NCBI RefSeq assembly: GCF_009914755.1
Contig: NC_060925.1
Reading direction: 5' to 3' (one strand)
DNA from: the human T2T-CHM13v2.0 reference genome, Homo sapiens
Length of the DNA: 64,000 bases
The notes beneath the pieces were generated by a model. That model made no database searches. It was given only the letters and a program-made list of their open reading frames with translations, and was not told the DNA's origin. Position 1 is the stretch's first letter, and every line of letters starts with the position of its first letter. A program made the position numbers and the translations under genes. This document shows positions 28,936 through 42,725 of this stretch, piece by piece.

Positions 28936-29158
28936 TTTCTTTCTCCTCCTCCTCCCCCTGCCCATCCTCCTTCTCTTCCTTCTTCTTTCTCTACCTTCTT
29001 CTTCTTCCTCTTCCCTTCTTTCTTTCTTTTCTTTCTTTCCCTTTCTTTTCTTTCCTTCTTTGTTTTTTTCTTTTTCTTTCTTTCCTTCTTCTTCTTCCTC
29101 CTCTTCTTTGTCTTCTTCTTCTCCCTCTTCCTCCTCCTCCTCTTCCTCTTCTTCTTCC
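28936..29158. repeat. Pyrimidine-rich (CTT/CCT/CTTT) low-complexity tract
   Basis: About 220 nt almost devoid of purines on the + strand. It generates the spurious poly-E/R/S ORFs. Confidence 0.95.
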
Positions 29159-29544
29159 ATTTAGACTTACTAAGCTGCCCCTTTCAGAGGACAGCCTGGA
29201 GTCCTGGAGTGGGATTTCTGCTAATGTCCTGCTAGACAAAGAATGTATTCAGTGTATCAGCCCTGTCTTCATTTACCCTAAGTTCTTGGTTTCTCCACAA
29301 TTATCAAAAAGTTGTAGTGTTTCTCCAGCTTGATGTGGATGATGTTCTAGGCTGTTGTTAATTTCTAAGTATTAATCTGAATGAAATCTGCTTATAAAAG
29401 GGCTTATTCCTTGAATTTCCTTGTCCTCCCCCTTAATCTCTTTGACTTGTTAGTTAGCTCTAGGAGGCATACAGGGTATGTCTCCTGGCTGACTACTGGG
29501 AAAGCCCTTAATGAGCAGATGGATGCTGCATAGTTTCCCATAGG

Positions 29545-29730
29545 ACAGTTTTCCTCCAGTGTATGCTGTGTGCCACCTACCCCAGAACCTCTGGGAACCT
29601 AGTTAAAGATATGGGTTACCTGGGATCTACCCCACAACTATTAAATCAATCTCTGGAATTGATTTGGGCCTAGTAGTATGACATTTTAATAAGCTTTCTA
29701 GGGATTCCTAAGTACTTTTGAGTTTAAGAA
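29545..29730. mobile_element. Degenerate MER5-like element
   Basis: cagttttcctccagtg...cagaacctctgggaacctagttaaa...cattttaataagct. Confidence 0.55.
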
Positions 29731-29760
29731 TTATGCAAAGGTCATTTACATATTGACACT

Positions 29761-29849
29761 GGGGTGACCAACTCTGGGGTTTTCCAGGGATTGAACTTTC
29801 AGTGCTAAAACTGGGATAGTCCCTGGCACCCAGGACAGCTGGCCACCCT
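29761..29849. mobile_element. MER94-like hAT-Blackjack MITE
   Basis: Inverted termini ggggtgaccaact...agctggccaccct with ctttcagtgctaaaactggga core. Confidence 0.7.
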
Positions 29850-30519
29850 GAGACAGCAAGTTCAAGGGGAGCCATCTCAAGACTGCGGTAGAATGGCATT
29901 AGTTAACTCCATCCCCAACCCCACTTTCCCCAGTCCTTCCAGTTCATCCACTGATGACCTTCCCAGAGCCTCATGTTCACCCCAGTTTCTGAGCCAATCT
30001 TATCAGAAGCAACAAAGACATTAATTCCCCCACCAGGAGGCCATGTCCAACATGGTTATTCATCTCTTATTCAGGATCCAATAACCTAATGATAAATATT
30101 TTAGTATACTGTGGATTATTGAGTGCATATTCTATGCTAGACACCGTACTACAAACATTATTTCATGGGGTTCAGAGACCAAGATTCTTTCCCAAGAACA
30201 CAGGGGTTAAATAGTGGTGGTACTAATCTTTAGATACAGCACCATGTTTTTAGAATCTGCTCTTCCAGCCAATGTGATGTCTGCTTCTCTTTTGTGTACC
30301 TTTTTCTAACTTCTGGAACTGACTAGTCTTTTCTCTAGTGGACTCCTATCATGGACTCAAACCACAATGAGCTATGAGGTGTGAGCCAGATCACAGTTTA
30401 GACACTTCCTTAGGATATAGATTCCTTAGGATTAGACTCTGAACCCAGCACTCATACTGCCTGGTTGAGGTTCCTTTCAAAATTCTTTTTGTGGCTTCAG
30501 ATTAGTTCCTACATGGACT

Positions 30520-30942
30520 GGCCACATCTCTTGTTGCTTTCATTTTCTATCACTCCATTTCAGCTCCACTCCCTTCTTGATGTTCACCAAATGTGCCTCA
30601 GAGCCTTTGCTTTTGCAGTTTCCCCTGCTCGGGAGGCTCTTCCCCAGATGACCACATAGCTCCATCCCCTCCTTCAGATTTTTATTCAAGTGTCACCATC
30701 CAGTTTTGCTCCCCTGGCTACTCAGATTAGTAACTCTTCTACTTCTCACCCTTTCCTCCCTTTTGCTCTGTAGTTCTTATTACCATCTAACATAATACAT
30801 ACTTTATTTATCTCTTCCATTACTTCCTCTCCCCAATTAAAAAGTAAGTCCTGCCAGGATATTGGCTTTTATCTACTATTTTTCGTTGATCTAAATTCAA
30901 AGCCTGGAGCATAGTAGATGATTAGATAATTTTTGAATGAAA
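30520..30942 (+). mobile_element. L2 3' fragment
   Basis: ctcagagcctttgcttttgcagtttcccctgc...gcatagtagatg...ttttgaatgaa. Confidence 0.7.
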
Positions 30943-31582
30943 TCAGATGGCCATTGTGTACCATGTTTTATGCTGTTTAACTGCAAATTTCACCACTACC
31001 TAGAGCTTTTCCTATTGTGAGTCCCCCATGCTTGGATTTTCTGGTTGGCCTGGATCAAATCTGAGGTAACTGTGGTCCCCTGAAGGGTGCACTGTTGATG
31101 TTGTTCATCCTTACTCAGAGGATTTTCTATAGCTGGACTCTTCCTGTGGTGCAACCTGGTGATGTCCTCTTTTCATGAACTGTTGAGATGGAGCCATTCT
31201 TGGTTATGGATTAACTTGGCCCACACTTTAAGGATTCCCCTTGCCATTAATTCATCAAACTTTTACAGAGCACCCATTATATTCCCAATGCTGGATATTC
31301 AAAGACAAAAGAAGCAGGCCCTGCCCATAGTGAGCTTTTCGTGGAGTTGGGGAGATCATCTACAAGGCACATGGAGCATTCAGGACAGTATCGCATGCTG
31401 TGCCCAGCAGTGGAGGTAAGCGAGGGTGCTGTGGTGGCCCCAGAGGGTGCCTTCTCCACACTGGGAGAGTCAGCAAAGGCTCCCTGCAGGTGTCACTCCT
31501 GAGTTGAAATGTGAAGGATCAGTGGGGGTGGCTATGACTGAGGTCAGGTGGTATGAGACTGGGGAAGAGTGACGAGAGGAGA

Positions 31583-31656
31583 GCAGTGACCCAGGAAGAA
31601 GGACTGAGGCCAGAGAAAGGCAGTGACCCAGGAAGAAGGACTGAGGCCAGAGAAAG
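31583..31656. repeat. Perfect 37-bp tandem duplication
   Basis: gcagtgacccaggaagaaggactgaggccagagaaag occurs twice. Confidence 0.95.
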
Positions 31657-32068
31657 TAGCATATTCAGGAAACTGGAAAGTGGCTGTGGGTGCCGGGTTG
31701 GGCTGGGGGATGAGGTTGATACTGGAGGGAGGTAACCAAGGGTGACACGATCAGATATATAATCTCTTTATGAATTTAGGCATTTTATTTATCTTCATAT
31801 GAGCAAAACCCCAGGCTTTATTAGATATTTTGGTAACCCATGGCAAACTTCAAAATCTTTCTGTATTTCAGAGCTTCCACTATGTATCTTCCCCCTCTAG
31901 CTTTGTGTAATGGTAAACTACACCTAGTACTGGAAGCATGCATGTTTAGCAGAAGTATTTTAATTTAGCAGAAGTATTCTAATTTAGACAGAGGCTGTAA
32001 GACAAAGACATTAGGTACCTCTGGGCATGCAGGCAGTGCCATCCTTGCCTTGCAAAGCAGGGGAATAG

Positions 32069-32385
<317 letters not shown>

Positions 32386-33239
32386 AGCATGAACATTTTC
32401 TAACCCTTCGCTGACCACTGTGAGTTGGGCAGAGCTCCAACAGATTGGAGAATGTGAATATCCTGAAGGCATGAATATCCTCCAGCAACTAGAACAGTGG
32501 CCAGCACAAGTGCTCAAAAATGAAGGAAAGACTGAATGAATGCATGATGGGCAATGGAAATTGATAAGCAGTGCCACAGTCCAGTTCTGGGTGGGTCGCG
32601 AGGGGGCCCAGAGTGCAGATGGAGAGAGAGTTTATCGTTGAGGAGGGCAATCCCCCTTCTGGCACTGTGAGCGGCAAGTGGACGTAAGTGTGGCTGCCCT
32701 TGGAGAAGGGCAGGCTCAGAAGTACCTAGGTGCTTTTTCAGAAGGTATGTTCCTGGATTCTCCTGAAGATACTCCTAATCCCCATCATGGTGGCTAAGAT
32801 CTGGAATTGGCATTTTAAACAAACTCTTTAGGTGATTTTTGAGGCATGCCACTGGTACAAGGAGGCAAGAAGAGGTTGGAAATTAGATGGTCTCATGCCA
32901 AAGAGGTTCCTGCATCAACCCCCTCAGACTTCCTCATCTGGGATCACTCTCCCTGCTCCCATTGCCACAGCCCTTGTTCATATTTCCCTTGAGGCACCTC
33001 CTGCAGCTGAGCCTTTGTTAGAAGTTTTGCCTGCATGTCCTTCTTCTGAAGGATGCTGTGAGCTTGTGCAGGGCCCGGACGATGGCTTATCCTTTTTGTA
33101 TTATTCACAGCACCTAATATCTGTTGTGAAATTACTTAAAGGAAATATTCCCTAGCCTGAATTTTGACAATACAGAGTCCCTCCCATTATCTCAAGGAGT
33201 CTGAAAACAAAATTACACCATCATTTCACTTTAAAGAAT

Positions 33240-33820
33240 TCCATACTCACAAAACACAGCCAATCAAAATATGATTAAATGTTCAACCTTATAATTTTTG
33301 CTTGTCAAATTGACTAGAATAAAAATAAAAGGTTGAAGAGGGCATGGATAAATTGGAACTATCAGAAGGACTGTAAATTCATACAAATTGTCTTGAATGC
33401 ACTTTGGCAAGATATGTCAAGAGCTTTAAAAAGAATTATATGCTTTGACCCAGTAATTCTACTTTATGAAATTTTCATAAGGAAACAATCAGGGTCATTG
33501 CTATTGGTAAACAGTCTAAATTTAGCAAAAGGGGGAGTGGTTAAATAAATTAGTGAATAGAAAAACATGCTTTTTATTATATATACACTGAATAAGGATT
33601 TAGAAAAATGCTAACATCACAGTATGTGGAAATGATATGATATAGAGCATATATAATATAATTCCTATTTTATAACAAGAAGTATACATCTCTGAGTGGT
33701 GGAATATTTTCCTTACTTAAGTACCTACCTAATATATGAGGTATGCTTTCTCTATATTTTCCAAATTTTCTGCAGTTAACATGCATTGCTATAATAATAA
33801 AACAGCTAATAAAATATATG
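33240..33820 (+). mobile_element. Old L1M(E)-like 3' fragment
   Basis: tttgacccagtaattctacttt and ttttccaaattttctgcagttaacatgcattgct. Confidence 0.6.
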
Positions 33821-34685
33821 TACAATTTAAATGCATCCAGCAATGAACTGCTTTTAACAGTGCCACCCCTCCAACTTCCCATGGAATTATTCCCGTACTG
33901 TGGTTCTAACATCTTTGCCTAGCATATTACTCCCCTGCTCAGAATTCCTCAATGGCCCCCCATACCTAAAGGATAAACCATACACTCCTTAGCAAGGCAT
34001 ACTAGGGCCCTTTATGATTTGTCCTTGAGCCACCTGTCCAGACTAACTCCTGGCTACTCCTTCCAATTTCCCTCCTTATACACATCAGAGATACCATCTA
34101 GAGTTCCTTGGTCATACCTTGCTGTCTGTCTGCCTGACTTTGCATGGCCTGATTCCTTTGCCTAGAATTCCTCTCCTCCTTCATGACTTCTTCATTCAGC
34201 TTTCAAGCCATTTTCCTAAAATTTGACTCTCAAAACTTTAAAAAGATTTAAGCATTGCTCGGTGCACTCATTGCACCTTTTAAAATGTGATACAACTGTT
34301 CATTTCCCTATCTGTTTTTCATAAGACTGGAAGCTGTTTGAAGGCTGGAATTAACTTTGTGATTGGCACATGGAAGGCCACCAGTAAAATATGTGCTGAA
34401 TAAAAGAATTAGCACACAAATTACCCAGATCTTTGCAAATGCTGTGTGGGTTATGCTTTGTATTATAAACGGGACCCCTGTGATCAGCAGGTGGTGGCGG
34501 ACATCCAGCCAGCCCTCCTCTCACCAAACCAGGCTTGCTGAAAGGCCAGGAAAGCAAGCAGTGCTAGTTCACTAGTTCAGAAAAAAGTGTCTGGTGTCAT
34601 GGGAAGTGCTATGAACTTACTGTGCCAGAACCAAAGGAGGAATGAGCTGGAGATACTACAAAACTGTGGTTTATCAGCTCAAGCA

Positions 34686-34686
<1 letters not shown>

Positions 34687-34728
<42 letters not shown>

Positions 34729-34744
34729 TGTGTGTGTGTGTGTG
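34687..34744. repeat. (TG)n microsatellite
   Basis: About 28 units with one TA interruption. Confidence 0.96.
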
Positions 34745-35244
34745 GTATGGTGTGTTCAATTATGGAGCAAAGCACATCTGTTTTGATAAAGAAATCCTAG
34801 GCTTCGCAGTCACTTCAGGTCCTAACCCCACTCTCAAAATCACCCCTAGGTTCTAAGTGTTTCTGGAGAATATCTTAAGTTAATTTCTGACCATTCACAT
34901 TTTTATTTTCCCTGACTTGGTTTACTGTTGTATTTGACAAGTTTGTGAAAAGTGGTCAGTATTCTAAATGTGAGATGTTTTCTGCATGGGGAATGCTATG
35001 AGTAAACTTGTAAAACCTCACGCAAATTTCTGAGGCCAAATGTGTGTGAGCAGAGTCTTTGGCACAGTGCAACTGGAAATTTTAAGACAATGGGAAACAC
35101 TTTCTTACTACTACTACTGGAAAAAGCTTCCAGGTCTCGCTCTTTAGTTTAGACAGATAGCTTTAAGCAGGTTAAAGTTAATTGTCAGCTCCTTGACTGC
35201 AGGGATTGTGTCCTGAAGAGCTTGAAGGAAGAGAGCAAACTTTG

Positions 35245-35465
35245 GATTTGGAGTCAGAATGACTGGGTTCCATTGCGAGGTACTGTCATTAATAACTGCA
35301 GGCACTGGGCAAGTCACTTAACCTCTTTGAGGCTCTTTCCTCATTTTCTACATGAGCATAGTAAGCCTTAAATCTGCCATACAAGGTTGTTGGTGGGATC
35401 AAAATTTGACATACTGTGAAAGTATTTTGGACTCTAAAAACCATCTTCCAAATGTGTGTTATTTA
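35245..35465 (+). mobile_element. MIR
   Basis: ttggagtcagaatgactgggttc...ctgggcaagtcacttaacctct. Confidence 0.75.
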
Positions 35466-36097
35466 TCATTCTTAAATTGTTTTTAGGGGTTCCAGCAAAG
35501 AGCATTGCCTGTTTGAGAAAATGTCATGTTCCAGAAAATATTGATTCAAAAAAGACTGATGGACCATCTGAATGAATATGGAAGAAGTTTAATTTTAACA
35601 AATGCACTCGTGGTATGCAGAAATTGCTTCCAGTGACTTGTATCATTACTCTTAGCCTTAGACTTTGCTAACCGCTTCCTCACTCTCCCCGAATGCATGT
35701 ACATCCCCTCAGGATCCAGCTTTTATCTCTGATAAATAAATGCATACTGAAAGGATAACGAATATAATGGGTTAACATTCTAAAAATGCAGTTTCATTTC
35801 ATTTAAACCATGGTTTTATGGACACTGTGCCTGAATTCAACAGGCGGGTGTGGGGGCTATTTTTGGACAGGCAGAACTTCCAGCACCTCTTAAATCACAT
35901 CACACGGCAACTGCCTTCTCCACCTACACACAGGGCGGGCCTGCATGCATAAAACAGGATGCTGGCCCAGGGTGAAACGGAGAAACTCTTTTCCCCATCT
36001 GATGACTAATACTTGTCTCTGCTTTCAGAAAGGGAAAGCACCACATACAAACCTCACCAATGCATTTTCCTTTGCTTGTTTTAAAGAAAGGGGTAAA

Positions 36098-36107
36098 GTG
36101 TGTGTGT

Positions 36108-36141
<34 letters not shown>
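36098..36141. repeat. (TG)n microsatellite
   Basis: About 21 units with one TA interruption. Confidence 0.95.
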
Positions 36142-36144
<3 letters not shown>

Positions 36145-38322
36145 TAATGATGGAGGAATCATGAAATGAACCTCCATAGGAAAGCCCTGACAATGTTCTG
36201 TGGATGCTTTTGCATAGGGAATTGAAACAAGTTGGCAGGAAGAAGAATTCTTTCTGCATAACTCAAAGCAGACATTTTACTGGGGGAAAGAGCAAATCAG
36301 AAATTTGCTGTCATTCCTCAAAATCTCATTAGTTACGAAATGTAATATATTAGGCCTTTGCATTAAATCCAGATAGAGCCTGTATCTTTTTTTCCCTCAA
36401 TGATATTCCTAAAATGGATCTTTGAGCATGCAACAAGAGTAGCTCTTCACAAAAGATGTAGGTCTTGGCAGTGGTGGCCTGTGACTATGTGACATGTTAT
36501 TAGACTGTTCTGGCTTCTCTGCAACTCCAGGGATAAATGAAACAATAATAATTCAAAATAATGAAAATAATTTGGTGATTCATTTGATAATGAGGATAAT
36601 CTCTAACTAAGGATTGCCTGATGAATGAGTAAGCCCAGATAGAATGTCTTTCCATATGAATTTCTGATAAAGGCTCATGAGGACAATGATAAGCTTGTTA
36701 GTGTAAGAGTGTTTCATGGGTACCAGGTACTATGCAGGGCATCCTGTTGGCCTAGCTCACCATTAGAGTTCTGCAGATTTCAAATGGTATGAGCACTGTG
36801 ATCCAAATATGTATGAAGTTAAAATATAAACTTTTAAAGGAAGGCATTTATTGAACAATTTCAGTTTTTCTGAGTAAGAGTTTGTGTAGGATTTGTTTCC
36901 TGTGTTTCAAACTACTAAATCCGTAATTATTTTTAAAGTATTTATTGAAGCAATATAGAAATCATATTTCAATTACCTTGCAGAGTGATTTTTTTGGCCA
37001 ATCATGTTTGTGAAATAGAAGAGTAAATTATTTTAATGTATAAATATATCTGAAATTCATTCATTCAAATTAATATTGAGTGCCTATAATATGCACAGTA
37101 CCTTTTCAATATATAAATGAATTTCTATCCAATAGTCAATCCTCCCAGCCTATACCCATGTTTACTTTGGTATTTCTTCTTCCTTTTCTTGCAGCTGAAG
37201 ATGGAGGAGAAAGAATTTCAGAAATAGAGGTCACATTAAAAACATGCAGAAGCATGAAAATTGTTACCATATTTCAATTGCAACTGTATTTTCTCCCCCT
37301 CTAAGGAAACAAGGCCTTCTGTATTTTTGTTGCATCTTTGACTATTTGGGTAAGTGTTCTGTCTCTCCCTCCTTCTCCTTTCCAATATACTCTGTCTGGG
37401 GATCATGACCCTTTTGGCTGGAAGTTGTGAACAATAAGTGAGGTCAGCCACAGAGCTCAATGAAGAACAGACTCAATTATAACCACGGCTTAAATATACA
37501 GCTTTTATATCTGGCTTCTTATGATAAAATGTCACAAAATAATAGGAAACAAATACGTTGTTTGCAAAATTATTGACTATGCGCTCTTGAGGGCAGAGAC
37601 CATGTCTAACTCAATCTTGTGCCCATTACCCAGCAGATAATAGAAACCCAGCAAATGTCTGCTGGGTGAGGAAAGACTGGGGATGAGTGAACACTGTATC
37701 ATTTAGCCCAGGATTAAGTGAGAGGCTGAGAGAGGAAATGTAATAGAGAATAGGTTTCAAGGTTTCTAAGGCAGTGTTTTTTCAAAAATGTTGACCTATA
37801 TTTATAGAAGAAAAATTATTTACATCACAAACCACACATATACACACATATACACACATATACACACATGCTAGTTGAAACCAACCAAATTTCTTTGTGA
37901 ACCACTGGGATGCCACCCACATATACAAACCATTGTAGAAAATGTGGAACCAATAAAGGGAAAATGGAAAGGACCAAAATTGCTGGTACCCAGGAAAGCA
38001 CCAGCAATTACTACTGAATTACTACCGTTAAAATGGCTCATTATTTACTTCTTATAGTCTTTAATGGTATTTTGTTATTAGTTCTTAGTAAGTTAATTCT
38101 TTCAGACAACAAACGCTTCTACAATACTTACTATGTATCAGCACTGAGTTAGGCACATAAGGATACAAAAAATGAAAAATACACTAAAAATATCTTTCTT
38201 CCTGATATCTCTTCTTAGATACCCCTCAGACATATGTGACTTAAACTATCTCAAACTATACTTTCAGACTTCCCCCAAATTTAGACTTCCTTTAATTTTC
38301 TCTGTAATAGAAGATATTTTTA

Positions 38323-39840
38323 ATATTTGTAAGCCATATATTTGATAGGGGTTACTATCCAAAATATATAAAAGGCCCAGACAACTCAATAACAAGAAAA
38401 CAAAAAAGTCAATTAAAAAATGGACAAGAAAAAAAATTTAAAAAAAATGGGCAAGAGACCTGGGGTGGATAGACATTTCTCAAAAGAAGACATGCAGATA
38501 GACAACAGATATATGAACAATGCTCAACATTGCTAATTATTAGGGAAATGCAAATTAAAACCATAATGTGGTATCATCTCACACCTGTCAGATAATTTTT
38601 TTCAAAAAGATGAAAGATAACAAGTGTCAGCCAGGATGTGGAGAAAAGGGAACCCTTGTACATTATTGGCAAGAATATAAGTTACGACAGCCCATTATGG
38701 AAAACACTATGGAGGGTCCTCAAAAAACTGTAAATAGAATTACTATATGATCCAGCAATCTCACTTCTGGGTATTTACCCAAAAGATTTGAAATCAACTT
38801 GTTAAAGAGGTGTCTGCACCTCCATGTTCATTGTAGTACTATTCACAATAGCCAAGGTATGGAATCAATCTAAGCGTTCATCAACATATGGATAGATAAA
38901 GAAATATGGTATATACATTAAATGGAATACTATTCAGCCTTAAAAAAGAAGGAAACTCTCATTTGTGATGGAATCAGAAAACATTATGCTAAGTGAAATG
39001 AGTTGGGCATATAAAGACAAATATTGCATGCACTCACATGGGGAATCTAAAAATCAAACTCATAGAAGCAGAAAGTAGAATGGTGGTTACAGAGACTGGG
39101 GGGTGGGGGGAATGGAAAGATGATGGTTGCTATTGTTTGAATGTCTCCTCCAAAACTCATGCTGAAACTTAATCCCCATTGTGGCAGTATGATAGGTGGG
39201 ACCTTTAAGAAGTGACCAGATAGGGCTTTGCATTCATGGATTACTGGGTTAATAGATTAATAGATGATCACAGGAGGGGAACTTGTAGCTTTATAAAAAG
39301 AGGAGGAGGGACCTGAGCTGGCATATTAGCATATTCGCCCCCTTGCCGTGTGATTTCCTGTGCTACCTCAGGACTCCGCATGGAGTCGCACCAGGAAGAA
39401 GGCTCCCACCAGATGGGTGCCCTTGACCTGAGACTTCTCAGCCTCCTTAACTATAAAAAATAAATTCCTTTTCTTTATAAATTACCCAATTTCAGGTATT
39501 GTTATAAGCAACAGAATACAGACTAAGACAATAGTCAAAAGGTAGAAAATCTCAGTTTAAAAGGAAAAATACATTTTTTCTTTTTTTAAATTTGCACAGT
39601 GTAGTGACTATAGTTAATAATAGAGAATTGTACATTTCAAAATTGTTAAATTTCAAATGTTCTCACCACAAAAAATGTTAAATGTTTGAGGTAATGGATA
39701 TGTTAACTAGCTTGATTTAATTATTCCACATTGTATTCATAAATTATAACACCACTTTTTACCCCATAAATGTATTCAATTATAAATGTCAATTTACAAT
39801 AAAAAGGAATGAAACTATAAAACATAAAGAAAGAAAAAAA
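38323..39840 (+). mobile_element. 5'-truncated L1MA with A-tail and TSD gatattttta, inserted into an L2
   Basis: agacatttctcaaaagaagaca, ggaaatgcaaattaaaacca, atgatccagcaatc, ttctcaccacaaaaaatg. TSD at 38313-38322 and 39842-39851. L2 sequence continues on both sides (about 38200-38310 and 39852-40580). Confidence 0.92.
39128..39530 (+). mobile_element. MaLR solo LTR (MST-like), nested in L1, TSD at(g/a)gt
   Basis: Starts tgctattgtttgaatgtctcctccaaaactcatg and ends ttctttataaattaccca...gactaagaca. Confidence 0.88.
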
Positions 39841-39851
39841 GGATATTTTTA

Positions 39852-40585
39852 TTCAGTCTCTCAGGCCAGAACTATGGGATTCACTCTTGATAGCTTCTTC
39901 TTCACCCCTCACATCTCACAAGGGCACCGATCTGCCAAATTCTTCCTTCTAAATATTCTCCTTGAATCTGTGTGCTCTCCCCATTGCCACCTGGATACCC
40001 CCAGTGGCCTCCTAACTGGTCTCATTTCCATGTTTGCCTGCCTTCATCCTAATTTATTCTTCACTTGGCAGCCAGAAAATATTTTTTAAAAGAACTTAAT
40101 TGTGTCATTCTCCTCTTTAAAGTCTTAATGGCTTTCTAATTTCCTATGAAATAAAACGGCAAACTCCTTTTTAACAAGGACTCACCAGCCAGCAGATGTG
40201 GCCTCTTTGGGCTTCTCCTGTCTCCCACTCTCAGTGCTACAGGCACCCGGGCCTTCTTTATTCCTGCCTTAGGGTTTTTGCACCCTCTGCCTGAATATTT
40301 TCCCTTGCTCTTTTCAGTTGGATCTTCTTTTCCTTTCATTCATCTCCAAACACTCAGCCTACAGTGTTTTCCTCAGTAATTCTCTCTGATTTAAAGCAAT
40401 GAAACTAACTCAAAATTGTGTATATATTTGTTTGCTTGTTTTGAGTTTTGCTTAATGTCCGTCTCCCCCATTCAAATGTAAATTATATGAGGCCAGGCAG
40501 TTATAACTATTTTGTTCACCAAGGTCAATCCAATCATAGATTTTGTACATAATAGACCTTTGAATATTTATGGAATGCATGAAAA
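39852..40585 (+). mobile_element. L2 3' portion
   Basis: cctcctaactggtctc, gcagccaga, ttgttcacc, aatatttatggaatgcatgaa end motif. Confidence 0.7.
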
Positions 40586-41349
40586 TGAAACATTTCCTAA
40601 ACCTTAGTCATTGACTATCATTTGATGATTTAGCCAAAGCTATGTACCACCTGTACTATAAACCTAATCATTTTCTCTAAGCTGACTGTAAATCAAGTTT
40701 TAAAAAAATAAGGTAGCTCTGTCCGAAGCACAGTGTTGGGGGAGTTGCAAGTTAGTCTAATTTTATTTTTTAATGCACATTAAAATAAATGTCTAGGTAA
40801 TAAAGCAAATCTTTATCCATTATATACAATTTTCTTGTGGTAAATAAATGAGCAAGAACTTTTTAATGAATGAGAACTCCCTTCTGCCAGGTGTAGAGCA
40901 AGCTCTAGACTATTAGAAGAACTGACGCTGATTCCATTGGTGACTGTGAACAAATCATTTAAGTTTTTGGGCTTCCATTTCTTCATTTGCACTATGGAGA
41001 TTAATTTTAACTGTTCTGCCCAGTTCACGTGAAGATTTAATAAGCAGTGTGAAAATCATCTTTTTACATAAACATGAAATTTTATTTTTAAAATTATTTA
41101 TTTTAGAAATGGTTACTACTGCTGTTTGTTTCTTAAGGTGTTCCGTCATATTGACCCCTTACATGACATAACAAAGAAGAATAATGTATATTAGTCTCCA
41201 TCACGGCCATGAGGACTAGTATAATGGGACACTGCAAATATCCTTTGACCACTGATTAACTTCTTTTCTTCCCTTACTTGCTTAATTAAATGTCTACTTA
41301 ACTTTCAGTAATCATACTCCACTTAGAGAAAAACCTCCTCACAATGTGA

Positions 41350-41810
41350 ACACCCACGTTCATAGCAGAGCTAAGAGGTGGAAGCAACCCACGTGTCCAC
41401 TAATGGATAAATGCATAAGATAAATGTGGTATATACATATTGGAATATTATTCAGCTTTAATAAAGAAGGAAGTTCTGACACATGGTACAACATGAATGA
41501 ACCTTGAAGACATTATGCCAAACCAGGCACAACAAGACAAATACTATATGATTCCATTTATATGAGGTATCCAGAGTCGTCAAATTCGTAGAAACAGAAA
41601 ATCGAACAGTGGTCATCAGGGGCCAGGGTGCAGGAGAAATCAGCAGTTGTCATTTAATGGATATAGAGCTTCAGTTTTGCAAGATGAAAAAGTTGTGAAC
41701 GTTGGTTGCACAACAAAGTGAATATATTTAACACTACTGAATTATACACTTAGACATGGTTAAAATGGCAATTTTATGTTACATATTTTTACCATAATAA
41801 AAAAAATTTA
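41350..41810 (+). mobile_element. L1MB-like 3' end
   Basis: ggaagcaacccacgtgtccac, atgaatgaaccttgaagacattatgc, cagttttgcaagatgaaaaagtt, ttttaccataataaaaaaaa. Confidence 0.85.
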
Positions 41811-41889
41811 AAGCCTGCTCATAAATGGGTTTCTAGTATTTTCATGTTCTGATGTTGAATATTGCTGAGAATAGAAATTTTAAAAATAA

Positions 41890-42140
41890 TAGTAATAGTA
41901 ATAGCTAAACTTTATGGACACTTAAGTCTGTGCCAGGTAATAAGTATTTTATATTTACTATCCCATGTAATCACCACTACAGCTTTATAAGATAGATACT
42001 ATCATTTACGAGGATTTTACAAAGAGAAAACAGAGGTACAGCAGGGTTATGTAACTCGTGCAAGATTACACAGCTAGCAAGCAGTGGAACCAGGACATGA
42101 TCCCAGGCAGTCTGGTTTGGTTCCATACTTTTAACCACTA
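41890..42140 (-). mobile_element. MIR
   Basis: tgtgccagg...attttacaaagagaaaacagagg...acacagctagcaagcagtggaaccagga...cccaggcagtctgg...ttttaaccacta. Confidence 0.8.
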
Positions 42141-42725
42141 GGTATATCGCTCACCAAACTAGTGGTAGGTACTCTGGAGATGAATTTACCTCTAATTAGT
42201 TTTAATTAGTGAGATTTTAGAAAGGTCTCTCCACACTTTGATCTCTGCTGAATATGTATTAACTTCCCTCTTATTTTCCATCTTTCTTTCTTTCATCCTC
42301 CAAAGAAAAGACATGGTCACTTAACCATATAAATCTTAACCATAAGAATTAAAAAACCCTGTTGACCCAAACATGTGGGCAAAAGCCACTCATCGAAGTG
42401 GCTTAAAAGCTCCAACTGAAATTATTTGATCTCTTCATCATCTGCAGATATACCTTCATGTTTTTGCCTGAGTAGAAGGAAAAGTAATAAACATATCATA
42501 GAACTACTGAGAGATTTAAAGCTTAATTCTAAGTAACTAGCAGTAGCTTATATTGAAGACATATTAAACCACAACAGTCACTTCCAGAATTTAAACTATT
42601 TATTCTCAGCTTGTGTGTGATGCAAGTAGAAAAAACAGACTTCTGAATCAACAAGTTACCTAACCAGTCTGATTCAAATTTCATCATTCATAGGTATCTG
42701 AAAGGTTGTTAAGATGGTTAAGTTA

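Noticed and set aside
28812-29333. 173-aa hydrophobic ORF and overlapping poly-E/R/S ORFs
   Set aside because: Artefacts of the pyrimidine low-complexity tract.
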